Shown: in pieces, positions 13,075-27,394 of the stretch
Position numbering within the stretch: position 1 is the first letter of the stretch
Layout of the letters: every line of letters starts with the position of its first letter
Assembly: GCF_009914755.1 (NCBI RefSeq)
Contig: NC_060932.1
Direction: 5' to 3' (one strand)
Source of the DNA: the human T2T-CHM13v2.0 reference genome, Homo sapiens
DNA: 64,000 nucleotides
Translations under genes and position numbers: made by a program
The notes under the pieces: model-generated
Database searches by the model: none
The model's input: the letters and a program-made list of their open reading frames with translations, nothing else
What the model was told of the DNA's origin: nothing

Positions 13075-13200
13075 TGCTTTGGGGTTCATTCATTAAACAA
13101 ATATTTATCGAGCATCTGCTGTTCAATACAATAAGCCAAAACAATAAGCACAACAGATTTGGTTCTTGCCGCCATGGAGCTTTTATTTTATATGCTTGGG
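13075..13200 (-). mobile_element. L2 3' end fragment
   Basis: ttcattcattaaacaaatatttatcgagcatctgct...cttgccgccatggagctt. Confidence 0.7.
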
Positions 13201-14264
13201 AAATGGAATTTCACTTATGTAACTTAACTCACTCTATGTCATCCTGTTGTCATTATTCTTGCCCGTTTTATGTCTTCCACCATATCAAAAGCTCCATGAG
13301 ATCATCGTACTCTTTCCTCCAGCCTCCCATCTCTGGCACCTGACCTACTGTTTGCACATGGTAGTTGTGTAATATATTTTAGACCCACAGAGGCTCCTCT
13401 ACATTGTAACTAAACTGACCTCTGACATTGATTACTATGTGCCGCCTTCTAGTCTTTGGCCTTTGGGCTTCCATGGTGATCCATTCAGCATGACCTACCC
13501 CTCTTCTCAGCTGTTCTAGGCATTCCTGTCCTTCAAGAATCCATTCCCATTTATCTTCTTTATCCACAAAGCCTTTTCAGATTATTTTGACACATGCTGA
13601 TCTCTTTCCACACTCTAGTCTGTATATTGCTTTGTATTATTCTGGAACTATTCAGTGACACATGTTTGTTAGGTTCATATTATACTAGGCATCATCCCTC
13701 TGCTGAGTTTTAAGCTGCCTGAGGACAAAAAATGAAAATGGAACTTGTTTAGTACTTAGTAAGAGTGTTGTCTGTAAGTGCTGAATAAATCTGGGTGAGG
13801 AAATGCACAGTAATGCACACACTAGTGACTCACTAAAACTCCATCTTTGACACTTTTAGAGACCATGGCTCACGTGTCCTGTCCGTTGCTCAGAGTGAGT
13901 TACTGGTCTTCTATCAATACGGAGAATAATCCTCAAAAAGATAGACCACTGTATGCTCACCGAGGTTTTCTATTCTGGGCACCCAGAACCTTTACTTTTT
14001 ATCTATTCATAATATTGATATCTATTTATAATATCAAGATTGTTTTTTTCCTTAGAATTTTAGGAAGCTGAAAATGCTTTTTGACTATGTCGAATGAACA
14101 AAATAATGCTGTTCTTGCATCTATGACACAGGTATTATCGTTGCCTGTATTCTTCAGAGAAAGCTATATATTATGTATTGATTATAAAATATACTTCAAA
14201 CAAATGAAGATAAACTTAACTATTATTTCTGACGGTAATCTGCATTTTCCTCAGTAAAAAACTA

Positions 14265-14618
14265 CAGATTGTCTCTGAATTACAATGGGACAACTTACAA
14301 TTTTTTAACTTCACAATGTTGTGAAAATGATACGCCTTCCATAGAAACCATAATTTGAGTACCCATACACCTATTCTGTTTCTCACTTGCAGTGCAGTAT
14401 TCAAGAAATTAGATAAGATATTCAATACTTATAAAACAGGATTTTTGTTGGATGATTTTGTCCAATGATAGGCTAAAGTAAGTGCTCTGAGCACCTTTAA
14501 AGTAGACTAGGTTAAGTTATGATATTTGGTAGGTTAGGTATAATTTTCAACTTACGATATTTTTGATTTAGGATGAGTTTATTGGGGTATAACCCTATCA
14601 TAAATCGAGGAGCATCTA
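14265..14618 (-). mobile_element. MER47A-like (TcMar-Tigger MITE)
   Basis: TA-cagattgtctctgaattacaatgg ... aaccctatcataaatcgaggagcatct-a-TA; body matches remembered MER47A. Confidence 0.85.
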
Positions 14619-14627
14619 TAATAATAA

Positions 14628-14929
<302 letters not shown>

Positions 14930-14959
14930 CTATAGTAATAACCTTTTATAAGAGTTGAC

Positions 14960-15175
14960 TGGGTGGCAAGTGAACACTTCATCTAATTAGCACATCATTA
15001 GGCATGATTTTAAGCTCTTTATATATATTAAGACATTGAGTCTTTACAATGGTCCAAAGTGGTGGGCATTGTTATCCCAGTTTTATAAATGAGGAAACAG
15101 AGGCGCAGAGAAGTTAGATGACTTGCCCAAGGTCACAGAGCAGTAGGTGGTTGAGCTAAGATTCCAACCTTAGAA
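14960..15175 (-). mobile_element. MIR SINE
   Basis: ttttataaatgaggaaacagaggcgcagagaagttagatgacttgcccaaggtcacag. Confidence 0.85.
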
Positions 15176-15780
15176 GAATTGCTCTACAGTTTTATTCCCT
15201 TTATATTCTTAAACAATATGCTGTGTTTATCTCTTGTTCTTCTATATTCCAGTCTGTATGTCCCAGAGGGTCTTGGTCCTGCTATGATGCTGTCCTCTGA
15301 TTACTGCATACAGGGCGTTTTTAGTTTGAACTTGTTGCTGAATGTTTCTAGCTTTATCATGTCATGGTTATGTGCTTTCAGTCTTTCTAGTGGTTGATTT
15401 CTCAAATTCATGTTGTTCTGCACAGTGTGATATTGGGAGAAGAAATTTCAGGTTCCTTTCAAGGGAAAGCCTTGAAAGGAGGGAGGTAAATTTAAAGTAG
15501 ATCTTTCTTTTCTGAAGCCCCTAACACTTCCTCTGAAGTCCCTTTCTTCATTCCCATGCCTAGGCAATAAGCAATACTTTAGCTCCTTTGTTTAATTAAA
15601 AGCTTGTATGTGTTACTTCTTCCTATAGGGGAAGCTTTGTATGAATAAGGCAGTACCATACATATCCACTTCAGAATGCAGTGCTCAGTTCCTGGCACAC
15701 AGTAACCAATTAATATATATTTGATGAATTAGTATATGAATCAATATTGTGAATCACAAGTGAACCATACGATTTATTAA

Positions 15781-16150
<370 letters not shown>

Positions 16151-17919
16151 TAATATCTATTATTAACAAATTTTACCAAGCACCTGAGCATGCATGATAG
16201 TATCCTAGTTACACCCCAAAGTTAGGAAAAAAGACACGGTAGTAGCTTTTTTTGAATTCCTTATGATTTAAAGCACGAAAACAGTGTTGCTGATGAATTT
16301 GCACAAGACATGCTGAGAAAGAAGGACATTACATAGAAAAATAAGTGGGTATTACCTACTACTGTTCTGTGAGTCACAGGTATTTATTGTCCAAATGGAT
16401 TTATGTGAAAGGTTTCTAATGGAAAGATAACAGACTTACGGTCTCTTCAGATAGAGGCATTAGTATTCTGATCCAAGAGCTTCAGGAGGCATTAGTTTAC
16501 TTTGAATATTTTTATATCTTTTTACTACTGGGGCCTTCAGTATTGGAACAAATTGATGTCTAGAGTCCAAAAAAAGTTGTTTAGTGTGTGATAGTGGAAA
16601 ATTAACTAATGCATTTGTCCTGCAGGCTTCTAGCTTTTACAGTTGTGCAAAATCAGTAGAATACCCACAGCCTCTTTTTTGAATGCCCAATATCTTCACT
16701 GGAAAGTAGGGAAATCTAATTACTGACCTCAAATGAATGGCATAAGGATTAATTTACATTTTCATATTTGAATTTCTGTTCCTGTCTCCAGTAGCATTTT
16801 CTAGGACCGAGAATAGTGAATGATCATCCCAGAATTCCAGAGTTATTTTTTTAGCCATGACCAGTGAGACCATCTGTGCACTATCTCCATCAAAATGGAG
16901 ATTTAAGATTTATGAAGCAAAGGTGTTGTACTGTGAGGGTCTTGAAAAATGGGTGTGCTAAAAAGGAAATCCAAGGACATAGTTAACTTGGAAGTCTGTA
17001 GCATTGAGTCTGAAAGTTCAAATTTCTGGCAACCCCTGGTCACGTCAATCTAAATGATTATTATTTGAGGCAGGTAGTAGGGCTACATTGACCACAGAGT
17101 CTTAAAAGCAGTAAGAGATCAGCAAATCCAATAATAGAATAATTTTGTTTCCTTCACATTTAGTTTTAAATTTGTATCCTGGGAACAGGGAAAAGAGAAG
17201 AGAAAGTCCTCTGGCATTTTCTCAGTTAATTTCTTCTCTAATTGCTGTTTGGCCTAGTTCTTTTTTTGTCTGTGTTCACTCCTTGCAGGCCTCTTGGCTG
17301 CTTTTGCATCTCAAGGGGGTAGCATATTCAGGACTCTACTTTCAAACATGTGTTTCTAAAAGGCAGAGTAAGACATCTGCCACCCACCCACTCTCCTGCC
17401 TACCAGGACATTCCTCATCTTCCTTTAGCTGGAGTATAAAATTAACCTCCTGCCCACACTCAGTGAAAGGGGCTGGATTTATTTTTTCTAAGCTGCCTTT
17501 TTCTTTCCTCTCCCCTACCCCCTGCTATTTCTCCTAATGGTAGAAAAATATAGAATCAGAGACAGATGAAGGTATAAAAGAAAAATATTAATACAAGACT
17601 TGTTTCCTTTTAATCGCATGGCAAATTCAGTTACCCATTATACTTTGATCTTGGAGTCCTGGTTTTGTGATCTAACGTGTAATCTACCAACCTGACAGAC
17701 TTTCCCTCTTTTGCCTCAGTGACTTCATGTTATATGGAACAGGAGTGGAATGGGAAAGATAACACTCTTGATAGTTGCAATAAGGGTTCTCAAACCTCTT
17801 TAGCTGGGGGAGGGGGAAGTTCCAGGTCTTAGAAAGCATGACACACAGGAACATACCAGAAGAGAACCATCCAGTAGAGGTATTTTTTTCACCTCATGCA
17901 GAGATGCAGGAGTTACTAG

Positions 17920-18447
17920 TGAAGGGAATCAGAATGAATATGCCATCTACAAAATGTCACTTTGATATAAAAGGGAATAGATGAAAAGGAAACACAGGAA
18001 GAGCTGCTCACCCCTTCCCACTTGCCTAAAAACCAGGCATAAATTTCCCTTTGTGAAGGTTTCCTCCTCCTCTTTCCTGTATCAGGAGGAGAACAACCCT
18101 CATCAGCAGAGACAAGAAAGTAGGTTCTGAGATGAGTCTGCATAAAGAAATATTATTAAAAAATTCTAATCTTCTATTAGTTTTCCCATATATATACCTT
18201 CCCACAGTTTACTTGTCCCTACAAGCCCACACTCTTTTTCCTTTGTTTAATTCCTTCCCCACAATTTATTGCCCTTTGTTAAAATGGTATATTTCTTTTC
18301 TGTGTAGCCCCCGTACCCATAAAAATTTAAAACACCAATGAAATTTGTATGCCTTTTTCCTGTTAATCTGTCTTTTGTCAGTTTTATTAACAGACCTAAT
18401 TCACAGAACCTGAGGGTAAAGGAAAAAATTTTCCTATCTACCGTACA
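17920..18447 (+). mobile_element. Solo ERV1 LTR, MER34 family
   Basis: TG...CA ends (tgaagggaatcagaat...tatgccatc / ...ccgtaca); U5 text tttttcctgttaatctgtcttttgtcagt; 4-bp flanks ctag/ctgg. Confidence 0.75.
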
Positions 18448-18868
18448 CTGGTGAGGAATTGTCATATGGCAACTTCCCTTTCCTGACTCAGGCACAGTTC
18501 TCTAGAAGTCATTTAGAAGTCAAATGAAATTTATCCCTTGTTATGGATTTTATTCTTTTAATCAACACACATTTGTTGAGCACCTTCATAATAAGGCTTA
18601 CTTCTTTTACTTATGTAGTTGACAATCTAGTAGATGGAAATTCTTAGGGTCTATAGAGACTTATAGGTTTACTCCAGTAAAAATTACTATACAAACAGAA
18701 GATATCGTGTCATCCATCAACCTGTCTGTCATCTGTCTTTCTATCTGCTTATAGAATGCTGTGTTTGGACATAAAGTGACCCAATTTTATAAAGTACTAA
18801 TAAATGTTTGACCTTCCTGATCATAAAGTTATTCTATAAAATAAAGTTTTATAGCTAGGAATGGATAC

Positions 18869-19165
18869 TTTTTTTTTTTTTTTGAGACTGAGTGTCATTC
18901 TGTCACCCAGGGTGGGGTACAGTGGTGAAATCTCGGCTCACTGCAGCCTCCGCCTCTTCAGTCCAAGTGATTCTCATGCCTCAGCCTCCCAAGTAGCTGG
19001 GATTACAGGCAAACAACACCACGCCTGGCTAACTTCTGTATTCTTAGTAGAGACGGGGTTTTGCCATATTGGCCAGGTTGGTCTTGAACTCCTGATCTCA
19101 GGTGATCCATCCACCTCTGCCTCCCAAAGTGCTGGGATTACAGGCATGAACCACCACACCAGGCC
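18869..19165 (-). mobile_element. Alu (AluSx/Sz-like)
   Basis: Full dimer; TSD taggaatggata at 18856-18867 and 19171-19182. Confidence 0.95.
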
Positions 19166-19196
19166 AAAGGTAGGAATGGATATTCTAATATCTTGT

Positions 19197-19560
19197 TGTA
19201 TTCATCTCTTTTTATGCTGCTGATAAAAACATACCTGAGACTGGGTAATCTATTAAAAAAAAAAACAAAAAAAAACAAAGAGCTGTAATGGACTCACCAT
19301 TCCATGTGGCTGAGGAGGCCTCACAATCATGGCAGAAGGCAAAAGGCACATCTTACATGGTGGTAGGCAAGAGAGAATAAGAACCAAGTGAAAGGCGACC
19401 ATCAGATCTCATGAGACTTACTCACTACCACAAGAACAATATGGGGAAAACTACCCCAGGATTCAATTATGTCCTGCTGGGGCCCTCCCACAACACATGA
19501 GAATTATGGGAGCTATAATTCAAGATGAGATTTGGGTAGGGACACAGCCAAACCATATCC
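19197..19560 (-). mobile_element. Solo THE1 (THE1C-like) MaLR LTR
   Basis: Ends caagatgagatttgggtagggacacagccaaaccatatc; 5-bp TSD cttgt on both sides. Confidence 0.92.
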
Positions 19561-19838
19561 CTTGTAAAAAGTGCAGGGTGGCAGTTTTGAAACAAATATA
19601 CAAAACAAACAGATGTATAGGGATTCTACTTCCTAGCAGTTAAGTTAGACCTACTTGGCCTGCCTAATTCAGATAATTTTTAAGGAGGAGAATCCATTTA
19701 TTAAAAGAGGTAAATGCATTTCTGATTCTCTGGAAAGAGTTTCATTAGAACATTACCTGGCATTATAATTTAATGGCATTTCTGATTCTTCCTCTAATAT
19801 TTCCAATCCGGATTACTAAACCATTGTTCTCTTTTGGC

Positions 19839-20010
19839 TAGTGGTTGTCAAATTTGAATGTGTGTTAAAATCACCTGGAGGGCTTGTTAAAACACAGATT
19901 GCTGGCTCCTACCCCCAGAATTTCTGATAGGTTAGGAATGGAGCTAAGATTTTACATTTCTGGGTGATGCTGATGCTGCTGATTAAGGTACCACACTTTG
20001 AGATCCACTG
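19839..20010. mobile_element. MER5A MITE
   Basis: aatcacctggagggcttgttaaaacacagattgctgg...ccacactttgagatccactg. Confidence 0.85.
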
Positions 20011-20579
20011 CTGAAGGTCACAACAAGCCCCAATTATAAGTTTGGATACAATTAGCTCCTTTTTGTGGATGCCTGAGCAGTTTAGCATTCATTTGCAGAT
20101 TTTCACTTCTACCTAACATTGGGCTCCATGACCTTAAAGCATTGCGAGAACTGAGGGGTAGGGATCTCCCAGAAATATTTGATTTCAGTGTGACTTGTCA
20201 AAGCGTCACTTTGCCTAAAAGTACAAACGTATTAGGTGAGTCAAGATCCACTTGACCATAATGGACAATTGGAGAAGTTATTGATGTAATTGACCTCATC
20301 TGTCAGCATATTTGTTAGAAGTCAAGAGTTGTTAAATCTAATAGTGCCTCACTGCATTACATGGGAATCTGGGCCTTAACGCTGCATTCCTTAGTGAAGT
20401 TCTTTGGCTTGTTAGGAAAGGGCAATAGTAAACATGCATTATACGATGGATATTGGACTGTTTTTGGAGGAGTTACAAGATCACATGCACTAAACATGCA
20501 TCTCCCTTTTAACTTAGCAGCTGTAATCTATATGATGCATGAAATGCCTCTACCTATGTTACTTGTGGTGCATTTTCTC

Positions 20580-20760
20580 GAGGTTTTGAGTTTTCACTCA
20601 AATTTATTGTATGTCCTTGAGCAAGTTTCTTATTGCCTCCAACTTGACTTCATTTTCCTTCTCTGTTAAAGGGATAATAATACCTGCCGTTAATTAGGGT
20701 TGATTTGAAAATGAAATCAAATAGCCTGTAAAATGACTGGTATATAATAGACACTTAATT
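20580..20760 (+). mobile_element. MIR SINE
   Basis: gtccttgagcaagtt...ttccttctctgttaaagggataataatacctgcc. Confidence 0.6.
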
Positions 20761-21487
20761 CTTCTCTTTCTTTTTTTATGTCATTTGCTTAACATTAAAA
20801 CAAAATAAAATTTAATTGACATTTCCTGATTTCAAACATAATTGGAAAGATTCTTTGGTGTCATGATGTTTCAAAGTTGTTTTCAAGTGTCAGACTAGAG
20901 GCTCTTCTAGTTTAAAGATGTAAACTTTAAATTTTGATTCCTTACCCTGTATCATGCTTTCTGCTCCATCTCAACAGAATGACAATGACCAGGGTCTAAC
21001 TGTCTACAACTACCACAAATTCTTATACCATTTATCATTCTTAAGGTAGCAAGTTTGAAGGTGTGTTATGGTTATGATAGGTACTGATAACTTACCAAGT
21101 TCCACTGTGATAAAACCAAGTGTTTACCTTGTCATGAATCATTCAAGCTGTTTGGAATATGTTCTTGTCTTTGATGTGGGTGCTACCTGGAGGCAGAAAT
21201 ATGGAGAATGGTTCTAATTGGGTGAGTTGGGGAAGTATTTGAATTGTGCCCTAATGCCCCAAATCTATAAGAAAGGGACATGACTGAGGGAAGTTCTCTG
21301 CTGCTTTGTAAGTTTCCAAGACACTTATTTACTGAGTCCCTTGGGAACCCAATGGGAAGCATCTGCTCGAGGACACTAGATCTTACTTTCCCTCATGTTC
21401 CCAGTGGTTATCCCAATGTCCACACAGTAAGGGCTCAATGGTTATTTTTTAATAAAAGAGCTTATTAAAATAGCACAGTGGTCTTGG

Positions 21488-22528
21488 AATTTCTACACAA
21501 TCCCAAATGATCCAAGAATCTCATGAAAGGCTGGCAAACAATTTTTTCGAAGACCTCTTCAAAGTTGAGGTAAAGCATGTAACATCCTATAGAGACCAAG
21601 GCCTTGTGGAGTTTATTAGTTGATCAGCTCTGTAGTGGACTGAGAGTCTATCCTTATGGTGATTACTGGAGAGCACTGCTGCCTGCTCTGCACCATAGTA
21701 ACATGGTTGCTGAAGAATCCTCGCTCTTTCGGAACAGAATGTTAGAGCAGGACCTTAGAGGTTGCCCAGGGCAAGCTCCTCATTGTAGAGAGGAGGGAAT
21801 TCACTTCCCTCATAGGCAGACTGTTTTCTGGCACAGAAATGCCTCCCAGTACCTTTCCCTACCTTGTAATGAACCCAATCATAAGTTCTTTAATTTAGTA
21901 CAAATAATCATTAGGACAGGCTCTACAGAGGGGACTGTTAATGGTGGTTCTTGACCCTGACAGTTGCTTGTTGCTGAGGCTCACCATGACTGGTAGTTGC
22001 AATAGTGCTCCCATTTCCTGAGGCCACTAGCACTGACTTGTTGGCCATGAGATTCCGTCCCTTTTCCCTTCAACAAAGAATCTTTAATTAATAGCATCTA
22101 AAGGAAAGCAAGAGAAAAGAAAGCCCTCACTCTTGCCACTAAGGAAAACAAAGAAGCTGATTAAAAATAATGAGACACTTCTAGCTGGATGAAAAGAGGT
22201 GTGCCGAGAGCACAGCCCAGGGATACTGGAAGTGGTTGGTACACATTCAGGGCCAGAGAGGTGCTCCGAGTGGATATCAATGAAACAAAAACCATGCAAG
22301 TAACCTTTTTAAGGCCATTGTGCCTTATGCAAGCCTCAGATTTTACTGGGTTTTCCTGTTGTTTCTTATTATCAAAATTTCTACACAATCCAAAATGATC
22401 CAAGAATCTCATGAAAGGCTGGTAAACAATTTTCTTCGAAGACGTCTTGAAATTGGCAATAAAGCATGGAGCATCCTATAAAGACCAAGACATTGTGGGG
22501 TTTATGAGTTGATCAGCTCTGTAGTGGA
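21488..22528. repeat. Dispersed direct repeat pair, ~152 bp (21488-21639 and 22376-22528)
   Basis: Hand alignment gives about 17 differences in 153 positions (~89% identity). Confidence 0.95.
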
Positions 22529-25500
22529 TGCAGTGGCATTTTAATTATCTAAGTATAAAAACAACTTTTCTCCTCTCTGTTTTTTGTGCCTCCTTTATTT
22601 CTCCCTTGACCTCCACTCCCACACATGTATGGGGAAGACATTTCAGAATGTCCATGAGCTGGTTGGTTATCTCCATTGAAGTCATTGATTGATGTATTTT
22701 TCTTTTTCCTGGCTCTTTTGTGGTATGAGGGGAAGAAGGGGATTACTGGACAGGCTAATTGATCTGACTGCATAAATAATTCTGGCTCCTTAAGGATTAA
22801 CACCATTTGTTTCCTTAGGGCAGGCAAAAGACTTTTGCATTTACTCATTTGGGGTGTCTTGGTCAGTTAGGTGAGGGTGGAGAATTTCAGGCAGCCATCC
22901 CAAACCTGTAACTGGAAATGATATTGTTGCCAATAACAAGGAAAAGCAGGCTAATAACATTTCAATTTTAAAATTTTTGGCCCCATTTTTCTTTCATGGT
23001 GAAATGTTATTGAAGTATAACTGCTTGTTGAACACACATTAATCCTGGAATTGGTGTTGAATCCAATCACACATAGCTGAATTTGCTGGGCAGGCTGCAC
23101 AAGCCTTTTGACATTTGAGGCCAAGTGTTCAAATCACAAAGCTGAAGGTCATGGCATGTATTAGACAGGGAAGAATTAAGAAGATTCATAGCCTCTGCAA
23201 TTTCTAGCACATTCTTTATAAACCTGTCACCATCACCAATGCATTATTCATCAGATTAGGTGAAGGAAATGTTTGTTTGTTTTTAAATCATACTTCATTA
23301 TGGAGGATGGTGGAGTCAACTTGTATTGTCAAATGGGAAAGCATCTTATTTCAAACTTGGGCCCTTTCTGTTTCACTAATGAGCCTTGTGTTTTGATTTC
23401 TAACATATTGTCGCATATATTTTTAGCTTGATTTTATGCCATTGGACAATCCTATAACTGAAAAACATTTGCATGAACATGGCTCATTAGGTATTTTTAG
23501 ACCTGCTGTGGCCTTTAGACAAGTGTAACTAAACTGGAGGGGTCTAACCTTGCCGGATTCGGCTCCACGATTCATCATCACTGAAAGTGACTAGAGCAAT
23601 TAGTGAGTGTCAGCCAGCCCACCTGAGCAAAAGAGCCAGTCTCTAAATGATTTGGAAGTTTGGAGTGAAGGGAAACAATAAGCTTACTTTTACATACGCA
23701 AACTCCAAATGTACCAACTTGAATGATCACTTTCTATTTACTCCCAGAAAAATTAAAGGCCTCTTAACTGGGCAGTGTGATGCCAGATATTAGCTCTGCT
23801 GCTTGCTTGCTGAGAATGGGGGTAGGGGGGCAGCATTCAGTGTTCAAAACATTCCTGAGGCTTGCTTTCCCTAGAAGAGGTTATAATCTCCCCAGGGAGG
23901 CTTTCTTGACAGCTTGAGAGACAGCAGAGTGGAGCCAACTCAGGAATCCTCATGGAAATGTAGGTTAGAACAAACTGCACATCAGGAAATATTCCAGATG
24001 CTGCAACATAAAATGTAAAGCCTGAACTTGTTAACTGGAAATTACACCAGGACCACAAAACCTCTGAAATACACATGGCTTCATCAAATTATTCGAAATC
24101 CCCTGGGTAAGGTAAAGTTTAAACCAAGGAAATGCAATAGCTACAGTGCTAAACCACAATGCCAATTAATTTTTATTCATTGATTTTTGAAAGCATGTTT
24201 TATTTATCACTCCTACATCTTTTACTCCTTTTGTTTAGAGCATGATGCAGAGTTCTTTAAAGATCTGCAAGCTGCTTGAAGCCTTTGCACGCATGTTGGA
24301 GACAATTTTCCTTATCTATCTCTATCTGGCTGGTTTTTTTGTTTGTTTGTTTGTTTTGTTTTTCTTCCTTGCTGTGTTCTGGGCATATGCCCTTCAGGCT
24401 AATTTCAATCACCCTGACCTTCAGCACATTTAGAAAGCTCATTTGTCCTCACCATCAGCAACAGTGAATTACTCTATTTATGTTTTTCTAACTTCCTCCA
24501 TCCAGTGGTCTATTTGGAAAACAAAACAGGGCATGTGATCAGGGCGATTCTCCTTATTGAACAGAGCTTTTACCTTTTTGTTATTTCATGTTTGCATTTA
24601 GGCAAATGAAGAAGATTTCATTGTTCTAGGGATTGTTGTACTTGACACTATGTTTTGAGTATAAAATCTGGTGGCTCTGTGGACATAAACTCCTAAAGGA
24701 AGGCTCCAATATTGCTGATGCGGGATGTTAGCTACCTGGGTAGTTAGCAGAAAGTTACAGAGCTCATAGTCTTTCCCAGGAACGGTGATGGGTGAGTTGG
24801 TTAGGGAATGGACATTTGATGAAGTTTATTTGTTGAAAAGTTCATATCCATTGTTTCTGTTGATGAGCTGGGGGCCTTTTTATGCTTGAACTCCCTATCT
24901 GGCTTTATATCTTACGTGTCTACATTGCTTATGTTCGGAATCTCTTACTTCTATGCTACACGCGTGTGAAAAAAGGAATACTCAGGTTGCACTTGGAAAG
25001 GGTCCATGATCAGAAGTAAAGTGGAGCTGTGTTTGGTGGTGGAGAGCCCATTCATCACCTGGAGAGGGTGAAAAAAATCCAATATACAGGATCATTAATG
25101 GATCCCATAACACATAATAATAGCAATTCCATTCCAGCTGGAGAAGATGTGCATCTATCCCACCCTTTGAATATTGTTCATACATACCTTTTAGCATTGT
25201 AGGAGGGAACAATAACAGAAAATTGTTAAAAGCACATCTTGTGGGAATGCAGTTTATAAACACCACTTCATTTGCGCTCACAGCACCCCAGTGAGCCACT
25301 GCTGGGGACTCTGCTTCTCCAGGACAGGGCAGGTGACAGTAAGGAGAGGGCAGATAACAGTGCTTGGGAAATAACTTGCTTAAGATCATAACTGTGGATC
25401 TGTGATAAGAATTGAAATTAGACCTGGTTGCCATATATAAAAGACTGAAAATATGACCAACATTGAATAAACTATAATAACAAACTGCTTAGCAGTTCAG

Positions 25501-27180
25501 GCACAACCTTCAGATGTTTAGAACTGGAAGGGGTTTTAGAGGTTCTTCAATTCAGGCCTTTCCTAATAGATGAGGAAACTGACACCCTGGAAAGTTTCAT
25601 GGTATCTGTGAGCTTTTTGGTGTCCTTAAAACTTGCTCTAGTGCTTAGAAAAGATTATTTAAGGGTTACTTTCATTTTGAATATTAGTATTCAATTTATT
25701 AAAATTACAAATTCAAAAACCCAGTTTTCTCTCAAGCCCTTAAATTCAATTTACAAATCTAATTATTCTTTTACTAAATCTAGCAAATTTAGCAATCTCT
25801 TTTAAAGGTTTTTTTTTAACAACCTAGTTAATTAAATTGCTCAAATATTTTAAACTGCACTTATAAATTTAATATATTCTATTTTCTCTTTAACTACTAA
25901 AATTGTCTAACAAATAGACTTACCCACGTGCTTAAATAACACTCGTCAATCTCATAATTTATAAATATGGTAGATCTTAATTCTTCTGTGTGTTACAATA
26001 TTATTTAAGAATTTAGAAAAATTCTCACTGCTACCAACTTGAAATTAGTTTTAAAGGTTATTATGCATCATTTTAAACTTGAATCATAGAGATGATATCT
26101 TAGATACTCTGCTGAATTCTCTTTAAACAGCACTAATGGTATAATTACAATACCAGTGATCATCAAAATATTCTTAACTCTAACAATAATAATATTATGG
26201 GACTAATTTACTTCATTATTTCTGTACTTTATTCTAAATTTCCCTGGGATTAAATAACATTTTCACCTGATAGGAGAAAAAAGAAAGTCATATCAAGGAA
26301 AATGGGATCTCTTTCCCAGCATGGGTGAGTTATGGACCCAAAGGAGTAAGAGCAAATTACTTCATTCTTGCCAAAGTCACTGCCCTATTGATGGGTGTAA
26401 TCAAAGACTCCAGAATTTATAAGGGGGGTTGGTCTCATATCTCCATCCCCCAATTTAAGTTAAGACAGCAACTGAGTTTCTTGATCTCTCCTTACAAAGG
26501 TATAACCATCTCGGGCACATAGCTAAAAGTAGATTGTTTTTCATGTTGTTTTCTTAAGACATGGGATCTTCTCTGGAACACCACACTCTTATGTAATCCT
26601 TCCCATCCCTCTTTGGATTGGATAGAGGCTGAGTCTGTATTCTTGACAAGTGTTTCCTTTCTGGCAGGACTATAACGTGCATAGTTATTAAAAGCATTTC
26701 CAATTGGATTTGTGTCTGTTGCAGCCTTGGATGGGTTCCCACAAACTAAAATCATGTCCCATCCCTGCCCACAGAGCACACCCTCTCCTCTCTGCCTAGT
26801 GCTGTATCCCAGTATCTGTTCCCTTTACTGGTGTAGCTATCAGACTTTTGAAAAATTAGTTACGAGAGAGATAAGACAAACAGAAGCATTTATGCAAATT
26901 TGAAGTCTCTAGAGCTAATATGGAAATACGACAGTTTTAAACAGTCTGTTATTGACCACTTTTTCAAACTGGGTAGGGATTACGTTGTGAAAGGCAGTAC
27001 CTGCCAAGGTTTTTCTGAAGCCAGGCTACCTGAGTTTGCCCCTTCCGCTCCACTTCTTAGTGCTATGTGATCTTACAGAAGTCAATGATACCTGTTTCAT
27101 CTAAAATGATAAGACTTGCTTTATAATACTATTGTTTGAATTAAATCCACTAGAATGCAAGCTTCATAAAGACATTTTTG

Positions 27181-27394
27181 AACAAAGCAAGACCCTATCT
27201 CTATCAAAAAAAAAAAAAAAAAGCTAGCCAGGTGTGGTGGCACACACCTGCCGTCCCAGCTACTTGAGAGGCTGAGGTATTCGGATCACTTGAACCCAAG
27301 AGTTGGAAGCTGCAGTGAGCTCTGATTGTGACACTGCACTGCACTCCAGCCTGGGCAACAGAGCAATAACCTGTCTCAGAAAAAAAAAAAAAAA
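27181..27394 (+). mobile_element. 5'-truncated AluJ-like element nested in an L2 fragment
   Basis: End of left arm, full right arm and poly(A); L2 tail text on both sides (ctagaatgcaagcttcat / agagtagtgcctgg). Confidence 0.85.

Noticed and set aside
24051-24112. Possible exon ending ctgg|gtaagg
   Set aside because: No polypyrimidine tract before the candidate AG.
24982-25434. 150-aa minus-strand ORF
   Set aside because: No recognisable domain and random-looking composition; an ORF of this length is plausible by chance in 64 kb.
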